This document shows, piece by piece, positions 1 to 13,196 of a stretch of 64,000 nt of DNA; positions within the stretch are counted from its first letter, which is position 1; the number at the start of each line of letters is the position of its first letter. The translations under genes and the position numbers were made by a program. Source of the DNA: Phoronis australis (lineage: Eukaryota > Animalia > Phoronida); the NCBI GenBank assembly GCA_002633005.1, contig NMRA01000807.1:1-64000 (forward strand), written 5' to 3'. The notes below the pieces were generated by a model, which did no database searches, was not told the origin of the DNA, and saw only the letters and a program-made list of their open reading frames with translations.

Positions 1-1815
1 AGATTTGCAGTTTCGTGGCTAATTCACCAACATAATCACGTGCACATTACTTTGGCTCACTACTGTAGTATTTTCTTGACTGGAAGTTTACTTTCCACTG
101 AACTTTGGCTGGTTTATGTTCGTGATGTCTGATCAGTTTCCAAGCCACTGGCCGGGATAACGAGTCAATCCGGCCGGCCGCGACGGGCCTGATCGGGCTC
201 CAAGCCACTGGCCAGGATAACAAGCGTTTTGTGTTTAGAACTTAAAAAATCACAAGTCTAAACAACACAGATCTAGGTTCTTCTGTCTGTATCTCACGGA
301 AAATACTTCGAAATTATCTCCGAACAGACCCCAAACTCCTGCTACGGACCTTATTGGCCTGCCGAACTTTGTAGGCTACGGTGTGTCCAAAATACCAATA
401 AATCCGTAAGAGCGAAATAAAACAACACGTTTTTATAAGAACTCGGTGTATTTTTAAGGGTTTTACATTCAAAAGTTTGATGATTTATTGGTGTTAAAAG
501 ATTACTTCAAGCGATAAGCTGACACCAGTAACCCATGTTGTGAACTGCTGAACAGACTGCGTGTGAAACCGATGACGTCATTGGATAATTTCAACACCTC
601 CGTCTGCCGTCAGGTGTCAGGTAACGCAACCGTACGTGTCCTCATGGAGTAGAACTACTCGATCTAAATTGATACAAATTAGGTTGTTTTTTGGGTGGCA
701 TGCTCCTTTAAGTACTGTCGTAGACAATTCGGAATTTGGTGTAAGACCGCGTGATGTAAACAGATGCCTGCCACACTTGCCTTAGACATTTTAGTCCTCT
801 AAAACAAAATAAAGCTCTGTAGACCTTCACAATCCTCAAAAACTTGGGAGAAAATTTGATATCTCCTTACAGAGTCTGCTTAACGGGCAAACGTGACCTT
901 CGCTTCAGGCGAATTATACTACTAAGAAAAGACCACCCATTAAGAACAAAAATATCCAATCAGGGATACAAAGAGTACGATTTTAGTTGAACCGGGTATC
1001 ACTCAAGTGGGACGCCAATGATGTATTGTGAGGTGACAAAGAGAGAGAGGGGGGCCTCTTTGAAATCGCAAAAACAATCCGTAATTAACAGTATGGATTG
1101 TGGTTCCCGAAGGGGCAAAGCTCTTGATCGATAATCGGGAGAGCGCCTGGGACACAGCTAGGGCGACTCTTGAGGTGTTGGGAGGCTTCAGAACTTATTC
1201 GTCTTAATGTGAATTCTGGTTCATACAATATATGAATTAAGCTTGCACTCCAAAAATTGATGGAATTCTTGTTTACGATTGCCGGTACATGTACTTTTTA
1301 GCACCTTCAACCCGTTAGACATGTACACTGTAGGCTACTTAGTCATTAAAAATACCCTACAGTCTCAGTGATTGACACGTGTGAGTGTCATACAAACGAC
1401 TCTCTCTTCACCAACAATGCGTTTCCAATAATAATCTTCAACAGAAGGATAGTTATTGGAAATCTTTGTGGAAAAGGTATCGATATTTTATCGTTTTAAA
1501 ACCATCGGTAACATTTACTTTTCTGTAATTCTCGAGTCATCTTCAAGTGATTCCAACTTCAATGCTCAGATGGCGCTTAGTGGTGTTGACTTTTTCGATA
1601 CAATCTCATATTTTATTGTTAGCCGTATGTCTTACTGTTGCTGTTCTTCACATTAACTTGTTCTGGGGTTTTTTCGAACAATTCGAAATGTCCTCTACTT
1701 CAACTCCGAAGCCATGCCCCTTGCCAAGAGAGGGTTCCGTTTGAAAGGAGGCTACTTCATATGAAAGGCTACATCATGAAACAAACTGTAACGAATGACA
1801 GTTAAATCGAACATC
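1..1815. repeat. Left arm of a long inverted repeat, truncated by the window start; reverse complement of 22998-24818
   Basis: Base 1 agatttgcagtttcgtggctaattcacc is the reverse complement of the sequence ending at 24818. Colinear similarity with scattered substitutions and indels runs to about 1815 (gaatgacagttaaatcgaacat). ORFs 1456 and 1547 (+) are near-identical to ORFs 23067 and 23006 (-). Confidence 0.95.
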
Positions 1816-2114
1816 GTGTGACCAAGAGGTGCCCCAAGGGTTGATTTGGTGTTAGCTAAGTTTTAACACCGGCATTGGCATTGCTCTACGGTCAACTTGT
1901 CGAGTGCTGTTCGAGTCGCCGTCGGCAGAGGCGCTGTCGTTGCTGGTGAAACCAACCGTTTTCCACGAAAGCTGATTTTCAGCGGTCACTCTTATCACAG
2001 TCACGTTTTAGTGCAAGTGACTGAAGTGCAGGACTTGGTTTCTATGTGTTGTTTTTCCGGTCACTTCCACTAAAACTCGTCTACGGTAAGAGTGTCTGTA
2101 GTGACAATGGTTAA

Positions 2115-2320
2115 AATTATGAGCACTGCTCCAGAAATCGCTTTCGCATTATATCCAGGTTCTCATTCACTCCCTCGTATACAGTCACTAGTAAGACCGA
2201 ACTCAGAACAGTAGGAGACACATTTGTGCTGCGCTCGATTGACTGCCAGTGAAGCCAGGATTCGAACCCTGGTCTCCGAAATGAGAGAGCCCGGAGCTCA
2301 AACAACTGAGCCTCTGGCAG
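2115..2320 (-). mobile_element. tRNA-derived SINE
   Basis: The minus strand reads ggctcagttgtttgagc (A-box-like), then ggttcgaatcc (B box), then a non-tRNA body. There is no intact cloverleaf. Confidence 0.6.
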
Positions 2321-2377
2321 CGGAGAGTTTACATGTAGGTTTCGTGACAAGGACTTTCGTGAGTGGTAAGCATTTTT

Positions 2378-2502
2378 TGCTATGTGTGGGTGGTAAGAGT
2401 GCGCGCCCGTGGTATGTTGGTTTCCATGCCCCCCCCCCCNTGCTATGTGTGGGTGGTAAGAGTGCGCGCCCGTGGTATGTTGGTTTCCATGCCCCCCCCC
2501 CC
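2378..2502. repeat. 62-bp direct duplication around a single N; probable assembly join artefact
   Basis: 2378-2439 is repeated at 2441-2502 with N at 2440, and each copy ends in a C homopolymer. Confidence 0.85.
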
Positions 2503-4110
2503 TCACCCCCGTCTTCCCACGTTGATGCTCGTGTGTCAGTGCCGACCTGTTGATAGCTGCTTTATGCATGCCGCTGTCAATATCTCTAGCAACTAACGGA
2601 TCAGTGTACGCAAGTTTTAGAGGAAATTGCCATTTTTTGTCCAACTAAAAATTTTGAGGGGGCATTATCGATAATGGTGTAGCGTAAGCTCATTTATCCT
2701 GATTTTTTTACATGATCAAATTCTATAAACAAAAATTACATGTAAATAAAAATAAAAGAAAGTGGCTTGATTCCGGTATTTGACAATGGACTTTTATGCA
2801 GTTGTCTATGATCTATAATTTGCGCCAGGATTTTTGATATTTTCAAGGTTACACGATAATTCCTTATCCTTCCTCTTAAAAATGTCAACATTGACAAGTG
2901 CGTGCATGTTTCAGAAGAAATCACCATTCTTTGTCCAAATGACCACTCCATTTAGGTACTTTTTCTGTCCCGATGTAGGGAAATAATTTTGACTCCATTA
3001 ACTCTAATTTTCATGCATAATTGGATCCTAATTAGAGCAAATTACTAGTTATTTTTTAGACTTGCAAATCCCTAAAGTTAAATACCATGTGATAATTTCC
3101 TGAACACTACTGTTTTCTCCCAAAGTATACAAAAAGCGATGTAAAAATTTTTCGGTGTGCTCGACATGTTATTTTATTCTGAAACATATTGACAATAAAT
3201 ATTGTGGACTTCGAGATCGTCGTTGTTATGGTTGTCGTCTTTGGTGTAATTTTCTTCGTTGTTCATAGTCTTCACTTCTTTAATCTTGGCACCAAGTGTT
3301 GCTCCTAAGAGCGCTTTCATTTTTTTCTGAGCGCGCGTTATCATGATGTCGGTCACATTGGACGTCTTAGTATTTCATATATGAACTCGGCCCACGGTAA
3401 CCCCGGAAATAGCATTCGTCTTTTGACAGTCGATAAATTATTCTTATGTCGAAATCATACATATACACGAACGTTATTAATGCCAGTGTTAAGAAAACAA
3501 CCAAGTGTTTTATAAGACTTTATTAAAGCGCAACTAAGCCAGTAGTTAAATTTCAGATGGCATGTTTTCTGACTAAAATGGCCTATCGTCTCTAGAAATA
3601 GCATCGGTGAATGCGTAGATCAATAATTGACGAGAGGCTTCTTACAAGCCGAAATAGCGCACCTACGTGCCTTAAACTCAAGACAACCCAGTGTTCATCT
3701 CTATGTTTTGAAGACAAGATAAAATTAAGAATTTAATAATTTGATTTAAAAGTAAATTAAGATTAAAGAAATGCACGTCAAATAAGCAATAAACAGAACA
3801 ATAGCTAAATCACGATGTGTGTTCTTTGATTGCACTGCAATCAGGGCGCAAGAAAAGCTGCTGGTAATATCATGTGCTTCGCTTGAAATACATTACGATA
3901 TCTTACGAAGACTTGCGCGTTCTTGGCCTTTTAAGTTTCTCGCATCTACAAAACGCAATTCAGCTTCGCACACCAACATAAACAAAATCAACACACAAAA
4001 TTTCAGTCTATATAAGGTAAAAGCACAAAAATGAACCACTCTTTTCGTGACATATCGCACAAGGGCGAGTGAAAACTAAAAACTCGACAAGCGTTTTGGC
4101 CTGCGCAATT

Positions 4111-4207
4111 GTCACCCTAGTACGACTAACTTTTATAAAAGACTATGTATAACAAGAGTCACCCTAGTACCACTAACTTTTTATAAAAGACTATGTATAA
4201 CAAGAGT
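4111..4207. repeat. ~48-bp tandem duplication
   Basis: gtcaccctagtac(g/c)actaacttttataaaagactatgtataacaaga occurs twice. Confidence 0.9.
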
Positions 4208-5679
4208 TGTTCAAGCTGTTACATCATAAACATTTGAAAGTGTTTCGATGAGCATTTCCACTGAAACCTTGAACTTGGAGGTAGTGTCCCAGAAATATTC
4301 TGACAATATCGCTTTCATGAATGTTTTGGGGCCCACTTAAACTTTTACTCCCAGAGTCAGCAGTTACACTTTGCAATAATGTAATTGATAAATGTGGCCG
4401 TAATACGATTCGAATTCAGATTCAACCATAACTGAGCTCATGACACAGTGGAATGTGTTCGTGTCCCTTCTAATGGTAAGGTGATTAGATATTTCCAATC
4501 CATACTGCGTACATGATACAATATCTAAAGCCAATATTCATGATTTTGTGGACGCTCAGAATCCACACAATCGGCAGAATCTAAACATTTCTATTAAAAA
4601 TAACGGCCAACTTCTAAGTCATGATAAACATAATCTGATACAGTGTATTACTTCAAATATAGGTACTTACTACACAGTGCCAGTAAAGCATTTTAACAAG
4701 AAAGCGATTTGGTAGTCTCGACAAAACAATGAATTCGAATGTGCTCATCTTGCAAGAAACTCTTGAGCTTCGAGTCTTCGATAACTAAGCATGGACCGAT
4801 CAAGTATTGAAATTCAATATGCAGCCGCAAGCGATCACAAATAAGGTCTGTCACGTATTCAGGACATTAGGGCAGTCTGGACAGATAAAGTACGGCAAAA
4901 CTTGCTTAGGTAAATATTAGGTTCGCTGCTTTTATTTTCGTGTCTCATAAAAGTCACTCGAGACATTCAAAAAGGTACAACATGCAATTGAAATCGTTGA
5001 GCAGCAACTGAATAAATACCTGTCTCAAAAATCTACAGAAAACGAGAGATATAAAAAACAATTTGAAATGTTGAAATAAGCGTGCAGATCTGATTACAGC
5101 TCAGAATGGAAAGAAATCTCACCAAATGGCCTCGTTTTCGACATGTTCACCAGGCTCTAATGCAAAATGAAATTGGGGCTGGATACGATACAATGGCATA
5201 TATTAGACAATTGCATTCACTCTAAACGGCAACTTGAAGCGCAATAAACCAAAGAAGTAGAGTAAAGTACGTGGATAAACACGTTCCAAGGGACATTGCT
5301 TAAAGAAACTCTAACTTAAAAATGTTGATTCTAGCACGAGCCCGTTGTGGTTCAGATCGATTTATCAATTTCAGTCAAACATGGCCTGGCACAAAATCAT
5401 GGAGGTGACCTTGCCGCAACAGCGGAAATTATGCATCATATATTCGGCATGTTTTTGCTGAGAGTCGTCATGACTGAAGCCTGCCTCTAGAATATCACAT
5501 GGTTGACCATTAACCAACTCGAATGCGGTCACGCAAAGAGCAAATAGCATAAAGCACACGATTGCGACACGTAGACAAAAAATTCCCATATAAAAATCCA
5601 GCTAAATATATGAACCAAATTGTCCTATTAAAATATTAAAAAATATGGCACATATGACTCGTTGCTTAGAATGTATACT

Positions 5680-6924
5680 TCACTCTTTGTTGGCAAGTAA
5701 AGAAATAACACACAGCGTAGCTAAAGTTGCCAAGTTGAATGTCAGCTGTGACGAATCGTCAGTCAACTCGCCCGTGTTATCTCTCTGCAGCACAATTCTT
5801 TTTTTTCCGTAACCGTATTTGCTTTCAACGTGCAACGTATAAGAATTGAAGTCATCTGGTTTGATGTTATTAATTTCTAAAGTTGAGCGAAAGGCCGTCA
5901 GATCGTCAGAATGTTTTTCCGTTTCCTTTACATAGAAACGCCCGCTGAAACGGTCACCAGGTTTCAATATGTTCTCTGATTTTCCTTGAACCATCACCCA
6001 CCAAATTTGGTCAAAATGTCCTTTCACGTCACATGTCAATTTAGCGGATTTGCCCAATTTCGCCAGGACCGTCGGTTTGTCACACACGATAGAAGGCGGA
6101 AGACGCAAACGAAACTCGATTTTTTCTTGCAAGTAAAGGGTACCTCCATACCGTGACTCGCAGACCGCCATTTTACCATTCATTTTTGAAATATCAGGCT
6201 CAACGATTGATGTTGAGACTTGTCGCTTCCACACCTTGTAGCCCGTCTTGTGGCCTACCCATGCATGTTTCACACGTACAGCTTTAGGGGACGATTCGCC
6301 GTCTCCGACTCTAATGACAATAGTGCTATCTGGCTCCCCACCCATGTTCACGCATGTCAAGTTCACTCGGTGGTCTGGATTTGCTTCGTATATCTGAACT
6401 CCACTCTGGTCACTTTCTATTTTTGTAAGATTTCCTTCGGTGCTCGCCACGTCAAAAGTTAAATTGTATGGGTGAGTTTTAACAACGATTTCCACGGTCG
6501 AAGAATTCAGTGTCACGTCCTCTGTTGGCTTATAAAGGCAACGATAAAAACCGGCGTCACTTTGACGCATATTAAGGATCGAAATCTCCGTTGTAGTGAT
6601 GAACGTACCTCCAGCGCCGTTATTATCATTTACATCCGGAATTATATTCCCATCGCCAGTGAAATGATTACCTTTATTTTTGTGTTTGTTAAGATCGAGC
6701 CATCCGCTTGCCTCGTCTTGCTTCTTCTGTATACCGTATACACTTGTTCCACTTGGTCTCCACAAGTTGCCCGTATTGCCAATGCCAACGTTCAGACTGC
6801 AAGTCAGTTTCAAGGTTTGTCTTTCTATGATTACAGTCGAGCTAGATGTCATGCTCATTGTGGGCTCCTGTGACATTGCCTGACAAGCCATTGTCACCAA
6901 CACGCAAATCAAGCCAACCGACAT
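5680..6924 (-). CDS. Immunoglobulin-superfamily cell-surface protein: signal peptide, 3 Ig domains, probable GPI signal; single uninterrupted ORF of 414 aa
   Basis: ATG at 6924 is in good Kozak context (gccacaATG); the ORF-track start at 6966 is GTG. Signal peptide MSVGLICVLVTMACQAMSQ. Ig1 LKLTC...DAGFYRC. Ig2 VNLTCVNMGGEP...AVCES. Ig3 AKLTCDVKG...WW...LEINNIKPDDFNSYTL lacks the F-strand Cys. The hydrophobic C-terminus DDSSQLTFNLATLATLCVISLLANKE has no cytoplasmic tail. Confidence 0.9.
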   Translation of the reverse strand: MSVGLICVLVTMACQAMSQEPTMSMTSSSTVIIERQTLKLTCSLNVGIGNTGNLWRPSGTSVYGIQKKQDEASGWLDLNKHKNKGNHFTGDGNIIPDVNDNNGAGGTFITTTEISILNMRQSDAGFYRCLYKPTEDVTLNSSTVEIVVKTHPYNLTFDVASTEGNLTKIESDQSGVQIYEANPDHRVNLTCVNMGGEPDSTIVIRVGDGESSPKAVRVKHAWVGHKTGYKVWKRQVSTSIVEPDISKMNGKMAVCESRYGGTLYLQEKIEFRLRLPPSIVCDKPTVLAKLGKSAKLTCDVKGHFDQIWWVMVQGKSENILKPGDRFSGRFYVKETEKHSDDLTAFRSTLEINNIKPDDFNSYTLHVESKYGYGKKRIVLQRDNTGELTDDSSQLTFNLATLATLCVISLLANKE

Positions 6925-9399
6925 TGTGGCGATATCTTTCTGGTCACAAAAATCGAGCGGTGTCACATAAAATGATCAGCAGTCGTTTCGAAAGCCTGTG
7001 ACCTGGATTTGAATCAAAAACTCACCTTCAAGTGACGTCACAACGTCTGTGAGCTGCTTAACGGTCACAGGTAAACACCTATTGTTGCCACCTGGCGGAA
7101 CAATGAATACGACGGGTCGTGAAATGACCTGCTCCAAATAACTTGCTAGATGATGAATCATGACCTATGATGGCGATTGAAGTAGAGCTAGAAGATGTAG
7201 CTCTGTTTCATCGATTTCCCGTCCATTAATTAGCCTACATTCTCTTAGGGTTGAAACACACAAGCCATGTTAAATTTTCGGAACATTTAGCATAATGCTT
7301 TTGCAATAAGGCCGTTAATCCGGCTAGGATGATACTTACATACTTGGCGAGGTGCGTTTACTTGACGTGCCGCTCAAATAGGTAAGTCACCACCAGATCA
7401 ATTTTCTACGAAAGTGTGTCGTTCCGATTGCCACGGTTTCATTTTTCGAGTTGAAACTCCACGATCAAATTCCATTTTCAACTCAGACCTCTAGAGAAGG
7501 GTTTCGTAATAGTCGGTTTGTTGAGACGATCATAGTCCAACGGATTTTTAAGTCAAACAAATGAGCTTCCTGTTAATTTAAAGCCCTAGAAAAAGAAATG
7601 TTATTTCGACCGGCGTTTCATCACCGAGTCCCGACAACAGTCCTTTCAAAAGGGATGAGTTTCCTAATTTACCAGCAACACGATCGACACACTGATACAG
7701 AGCATTAATCTAATTTAGAAGAGACGGAAAATACACACTTTCTGCGTCCATCGCAGCTTGCGGTAGGGTGGCTTAGGTGTAGATTCCTTCTGAAATTTAG
7801 ACAAACAACCATATATTCGTGTATTGTTTATTCATACACCGTGTTTTTGTAAAAACAAAATATATCTTGTATAGCAATAAGCTGAATCTGCTAGTACTAG
7901 TCTGACTCAACACAGACACTTGAACAGTAGGCCTTATAGACAGCGGGCTGTTCATAACTCCTTGGGTCCTCGGCCATTCTTGATAAGGTATCTACTAAAA
8001 TACCGTAAGGCAAAAATGTATAGTTGATTATGGTCTCTTTTTGAAAATCCAGGCGCTGGTGGGGTATTTTTAGTTGCTCACTTTTTCAAAAATGAAAATC
8101 CATTTGAAACGAGAAAAAATGATGACGAATTTTTTACTCATCGCGTGTCCATCGTGGCGTTTTATACCTTGCTTATCCTTGTTTACATATCTATTTGTTG
8201 TACCTTTTCAAATCAAACTGGTCTGGAAAGAGACCACAACTATTGAATTAGGTTTTCATGGCCTAACCATCGTTTGAGAGACTGGAAACGAAAATCGTCA
8301 CATTGTATGAAATTGTCCTTGTCATAAATCACCCTTTCGGTTAGATTTAGTTATTTTTTCGTTTCTGTAACTGACTCCCAGATTAAGAATTAAAACTGTA
8401 GGGAATCTGTCACACCCATCTGATCAGCCCCTGACATGTTGATGTATTTGAGTAAAAAAAAAACTCAAACGCAGACTAGAAATGTATTCTACGACAAACG
8501 ATGAGAATAAAACCAAACGAAAATATCTTCAGCCTCGATTTGGTACTAGATGTTGAGTACTTCAAATTCGGATGGAGATTGAAATATTAATTTGACAACG
8601 ATAAGGGAGACCTATCAGTGTCAAAATCGTCACATAATGAAAGTAATAGGTCGAGACTGGAAATTGGGCCAAAAGTGATAAATGAAACTAAGTAAATACA
8701 ACAATTTTGCTCCAATAAAAACTAAAACTGGTTTTCCTTTAGGCTTACATATTTTTGGATTCTCAGCAAAATACGACTGATTTTGTCAAAAACAAAATGG
8801 AAAATTGTAAAGATCTCACAAATGAGTTTCAAATATGAATTTGCTGCTTATAAATCATTCAGAGAAACACATTGAGATAACAAGATAGTGAAGTCAGGTT
8901 TATCACTTTTTATCTAAACGTGCCCTAGAGTCCCGGGAGGACCCTAGTCGGGGAGTGCTGTGTGCTGCTAAAATTATCCCTGCTAACCATTGAAATGTGC
9001 TGGTCAAGCCTTTTTCCAGGTAGAAACTGTTATTAATGAGTTCTATATTAAGAATAGCCTATTCTATTTTCTTTACCAGCAAGAACATAGGAATAATCAG
9101 CGAGTAAAAAACGCTTCAGAGCTTATTGTTGTTATACAACCATAACTTGCGAATTTAAAAAGGCGCAGCCGCGCAAGTTCTCATTGCTTGCGACTCGAGT
9201 TTCCAGGGAATGGAAATGGAATCCAATAAGAGTACAGATAATTATGGGACCGATTTTAAGAGAATAGAGGACCTAATTCGATTTTTGTGAAATACTGCTT
9301 TTAGAGTCTAGTTCAAGATTTGTTTTCACCAAGTGACCTTTGGCTTATTTTATCTGATTGGACAACTGGGTCGCTGAAAATAGTAACGCATTTGATTAG

Positions 9400-9595
9400 C
9401 ATCGTGTAACTTAACAGCTATTTACGGAAGTTAAAAATAAATCTTCAAAATTGTAGGAGACACATGACCTTTACACCAGGTGACCTCTTCCGGTGCATTA
9501 TAGGATATGAAAATATGACTTATCAAATTTTGTTACTACTGTCATTAGGCCTCAAATTTGCTCGGAAGAAGAAGAAGAATAACCGCAAGAATAAT
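9400..9595 (-). mobile_element. Fragment of the HINE family at 54312-55447
   Basis: The reverse complement resembles ttcttcttccgaccaactttgaggcttaat...tgcaccggaagaggtca...ctcctacaatttt in that family. Confidence 0.5.
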
Positions 9596-10894
9596 CGTGG
9601 CCCATTTCATGAAACTTTTCTGTCTCAACTTGTACTTAATTTGGGTCTGAACTAAGACAATTTTTTTTTGTTCAAGACCAAAAATGTATGGTGGTTTGTA
9701 ACATTTTAAGACTTGTGTTACAAACCACCAATTGCATACTTTCAATATATTAGCCAACAGCTAATACTAGTATGCACCGTTTTTACCTATTTGCATTTAA
9801 CAATGTCAGAAACAATAGACTATAACAGAAAGATAACGATATCGAAATTATCGGTAATTCGGATCTTCAAGTGCCATAGTAGCGTCCTGTAAATTATTTA
9901 CCCAAATATAAGTCACAATACATTCGAATAATCCCCAAGGATTCATTTTGTAAGAAAATTTATTCTAAACGTAACATTTATATACAGCAACTTACATACT
10001 TAACAAAAACATTTCTTACTTTCAAACTGGCGCCCACAAATTTAGAGAGTAGTCACAACAAAACTATTTGACGTCCTGAATCAGGGAACACAGAGAACAC
10101 ATTTTGCACATTGAAACGTGACCCGAAGCCGATATAGGAGTATAAAGATGTTACTAGTTATTCTTAACTTACATTTTTGGAAGGCGTAACTCAGAGCGTG
10201 TACTTGCGCTATAGAAAGATCCGTCAGTCAAAGTGATCGTTGCACTGAATTCCCAAGCATGACTTTTGCGACTGACTAAAATCCCATACTCTAAGACATA
10301 ACGTGCCACAGCGGGAGTGAAAGCCGTGTTGCCGCAACCGCCGCGAACAAAGAGCCACCGGTTTCCCTTTTATCCATAGTCTTTGTACACAAATCATCGT
10401 AAAATATATTTAATTCATGTTTTTCAATAATCTTGCATCGTATTTCATTTCCTTGTACATGAACTTTTTTCTGTTGTTAGCTTTGTTGTTCTTCTTAATT
10501 GTTATTATCTATTTAATTTATTGTTACTCCGTGGTCAGCTATTAGCGGCCCGTGCTTTTGCTGGCCACCCAGTCACGTAACACTTTATGTTTTTATATGA
10601 TTTAAAAAATAACATTTGTCTCCCTCTCTCTACCTCTCCCTCTCCCCCCCCTCCCCCCTCCCCCATATTTTTCAGGGTGAACCCCTGCGCAATTTTTTCG
10701 AGGGGGTTACTNCAAAGAGACTACAGCAGCTCCCCTCCCCCCAACCAGTCGATACCAATGATACTACTAGCCAACGTGCGGTAATCCCGATTGACTTTAA
10801 CGTCACGCATTGCATTGTGGGAAATCGAGACAGCCCTGTAACTAAAATAGATCTCAGTTTATGTACTGGGTTGTCTGCTTAGATTTCTGTAAAG

Positions 10895-13190
10895 GTTGGT
10901 GGTTTTACTTGCTGTGTGCCCGGTTGTTTCAAGAACAATAAAGGGGTCAAGCACTTATCCTTCTATACATTTATTCAGGACATAAACTTAAGTCAAAAGC
11001 ATCGGACGGCAAGGAGATAAGGGGAAGCTCAGTGCAACTACGATTGAAGAATTAACCTATATTTTGAAATAAAATAATGTTACAACCAGTGAAATGGCCC
11101 ACAAAATGGAAATTCGACTAAAAACTGCCAGTCACCAAGTTCACTCGTGAGCTGGAAACTCTAGGCTGAAAAGAAAATATCACAGCTTGAACCTGTCATT
11201 TGAATAACACAAAAGAGACATTATAAGCTAAAGGATATTTTAAATGAGCTGCATAAAACAAGCCTGTTATCCTGAAAGTCAGTTGATGGTTCTTATGAGG
11301 AATATCTTGGCTTTTATAACTTTTTATGTCCAGATTTTAAGTCTGCATTCATATAAGACCGAAATGATTTCACATTTTGGCAGCGGGGAGAACATCTTCC
11401 TTCAAAATTACTCGTTGAAGAGCATTATAAACAATCGCCTCATACGCCATAGTCGGTCCCAGCTCTCCTATCTTTCACCTCTGTGGCTACTTTCGGGGGT
11501 CAATGGGAATTTTGTATTAAACCCGTCTACAGAGGTTCAAAAGTCAATTTCAAAAATGTTTCCAAGAATACACTTGCACGTTTAATTAGAATTCCAATTT
11601 AAAAAATAGCCTCAACAAATATGTTAGCCACCAGGTGACAGCGCAAAATGATCAGCACAGCCAATCAAATGCCAAGAAAATATTGTGTCCGTACCTTTCC
11701 CATTCCCAAGTTGTCTGCTTCATCATAGTCTATGGCTTCATGAAAGCATTCGAGGACAGCCAGCAGATCTTCTCCTGTTTACTTGGCTAACTTGTTTACA
11801 ACTACTGTCCATATTGAGAAGAATTAATTCTTGGATGGGTGTGCAAGTAATTGGCCATACTGTGTGCTAAAGTGAAGAGCATGTTGGTTATCTGTTTCAG
11901 TAAAAGGATTACTGTAACATGACTGAAGTGTTTATAGATAAAGCAGTATTCAGGTTGACAAAAAAATTTAATTCCGGGTAGGGTGCATGCAGGCTTGCAC
12001 AGATATTTCATTGAAGTTGGGCTCAGCATTTGTGTTTCCTGGTCAATTCATGGAAGGCATTAAACCTTTTGTATGCAAGCTGTACGGCGACTCATCATCA
12101 ACAGTTTGGCGCTACCACATATTCAGGTTGAAATCTGTGATGGAATCGTCTTTGCCTCCTGATCATGATTGTTTGCTGTTACATCCAAAAGAGCAAATTA
12201 CCAGTGTGCCATTCACAAACGAGCCTCGCAACAGCATACCAGTGCACAATGGGTGGCTTTTGAAGTTCCACTGGATGACTCTCAGTGCCTTTAGCCCCAG
12301 AAAATGTCATTAAAAATGTTAATTGCAAGTGTAAAAAGAGTGGCTGTAGTACAGAAATGTGCCCTTGTTTGAAGTGAGGCATGCCATGTTCTTAGTTGTG
12401 TGACTGTCTTGTGTAAACACGGTGTCTCAAGAAACAACTTTTGATGACAATAATGATGATGTAAACGATGATGGAGTGGATGAGGAAACATAATGAATTT
12501 GTGCTATGTTTTTAAATAACTTTGATTTTGTAACCTAATTGAAAATATTGACAACATTTTATCATGCCCGTGGCAGTCAGAACTGTACGGTTTATCGTTC
12601 CCCTGTGACAGTTGACAGTGAACTGCAATGTGGATAATAATAAATTATGACTGTTAATGAAAGTGATTACAGTGGATTCATTGCAGAAGCTTGAAAATAT
12701 ATGTTTTTCAAATGTAGGTTGTGATATCAAATCTTTATGAAGTTCCAAATGGTTAACACTGTTGTTTTTGGTAGGATTTCAGAATATAGTAGTATGTTTT
12801 CTGGCCAACAGGAGGCGTTGCTAAAATTTTCTTTTTTTAGCAATTTTCCACCTAATGTCATAAAATTTATCGCAAACCTTGGGAACTTTTTAGATTCTTA
12901 AGGTACTTAATGACCTTAAAAACACCAAAATTTCCTTGCTCCTAAAAGTAGCCACAGAAGTGATTTTCTAGGCTTCCTAGAGTCGAATGGACTGTGGCCT
13001 ATCACTGGCTCGAGTTCTGAGCCATGGCCAGCGCACATTTACAAGCTATCTCATAATGCCACTCGCAATCCTATTTAAATTTGCACATTGTATTTTTTCC
13101 ATAATTATTCTCAGCTTTATCTGGATTGTGCGTACGTACCTTTAAACGCAAGTGTTAATGCGCTTCCACCGCTATCATCAGCTTAGCTCC
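10895..13190 (+). mobile_element. Decayed THAP-bearing ISL2EU/Harbinger-like transposon, interrupted by the Academ element
   Basis: 10895-11000 translates to [25 protein letters not shown] (THAP N-terminus), and LMVLMR occurs near 11284. Removing the Academ insert rejoins TIASL...(R)AMA...IWIV...NALPPL with frameshifts, resembling the C-terminus of DDE_Tnp_4-type transposases. Confidence 0.5.
11443..13001 (+). mobile_element. Internally deleted Academ (AcademX-type) DNA transposon with imperfect TIRs and a 3-bp TSD (TCA)
   Basis: Ends are ta(c)gccatagtc...cacctctgtggctacttt and aaagtagccacagaagtg...gactgtggccta. TCA flanks both sides (11440-11442, 13002-13004). 11987-12493 encodes, with frameshifts, FVCKLYG..RY..F..LPP..D.L.LH..(R)ANYQ..P...GW...WM, then a Cys-rich finger (CKCKKSGCSTEMCPC..GMPCS.LCDC) and an acidic tail. 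Confidence 0.8.
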
Positions 13191-13196
13191 TGTTGT

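Noticed and set aside
1456-1744. Hydrophobic ORFs conserved in both inverted arms
   Set aside because: Conservation reflects DNA-level duplication; starts are non-ATG, stops differ between copies and no domain is recognisable.
2255-2320. tRNA gene
   Set aside because: A and B boxes are present, but the stems are degenerate and it runs into a SINE-like body.
2117-2644. 175-aa ORF with a repeated GGGHGNQH motif
   Set aside because: The repeat comes from the N-flanked duplication, and the remainder is SINE sequence.
6220-6883. Plus-strand ORFs overlapping the Ig gene; also ORF 17034-17276
   Set aside because: They are antisense shadows of the Ig CDS and its pseudogene.
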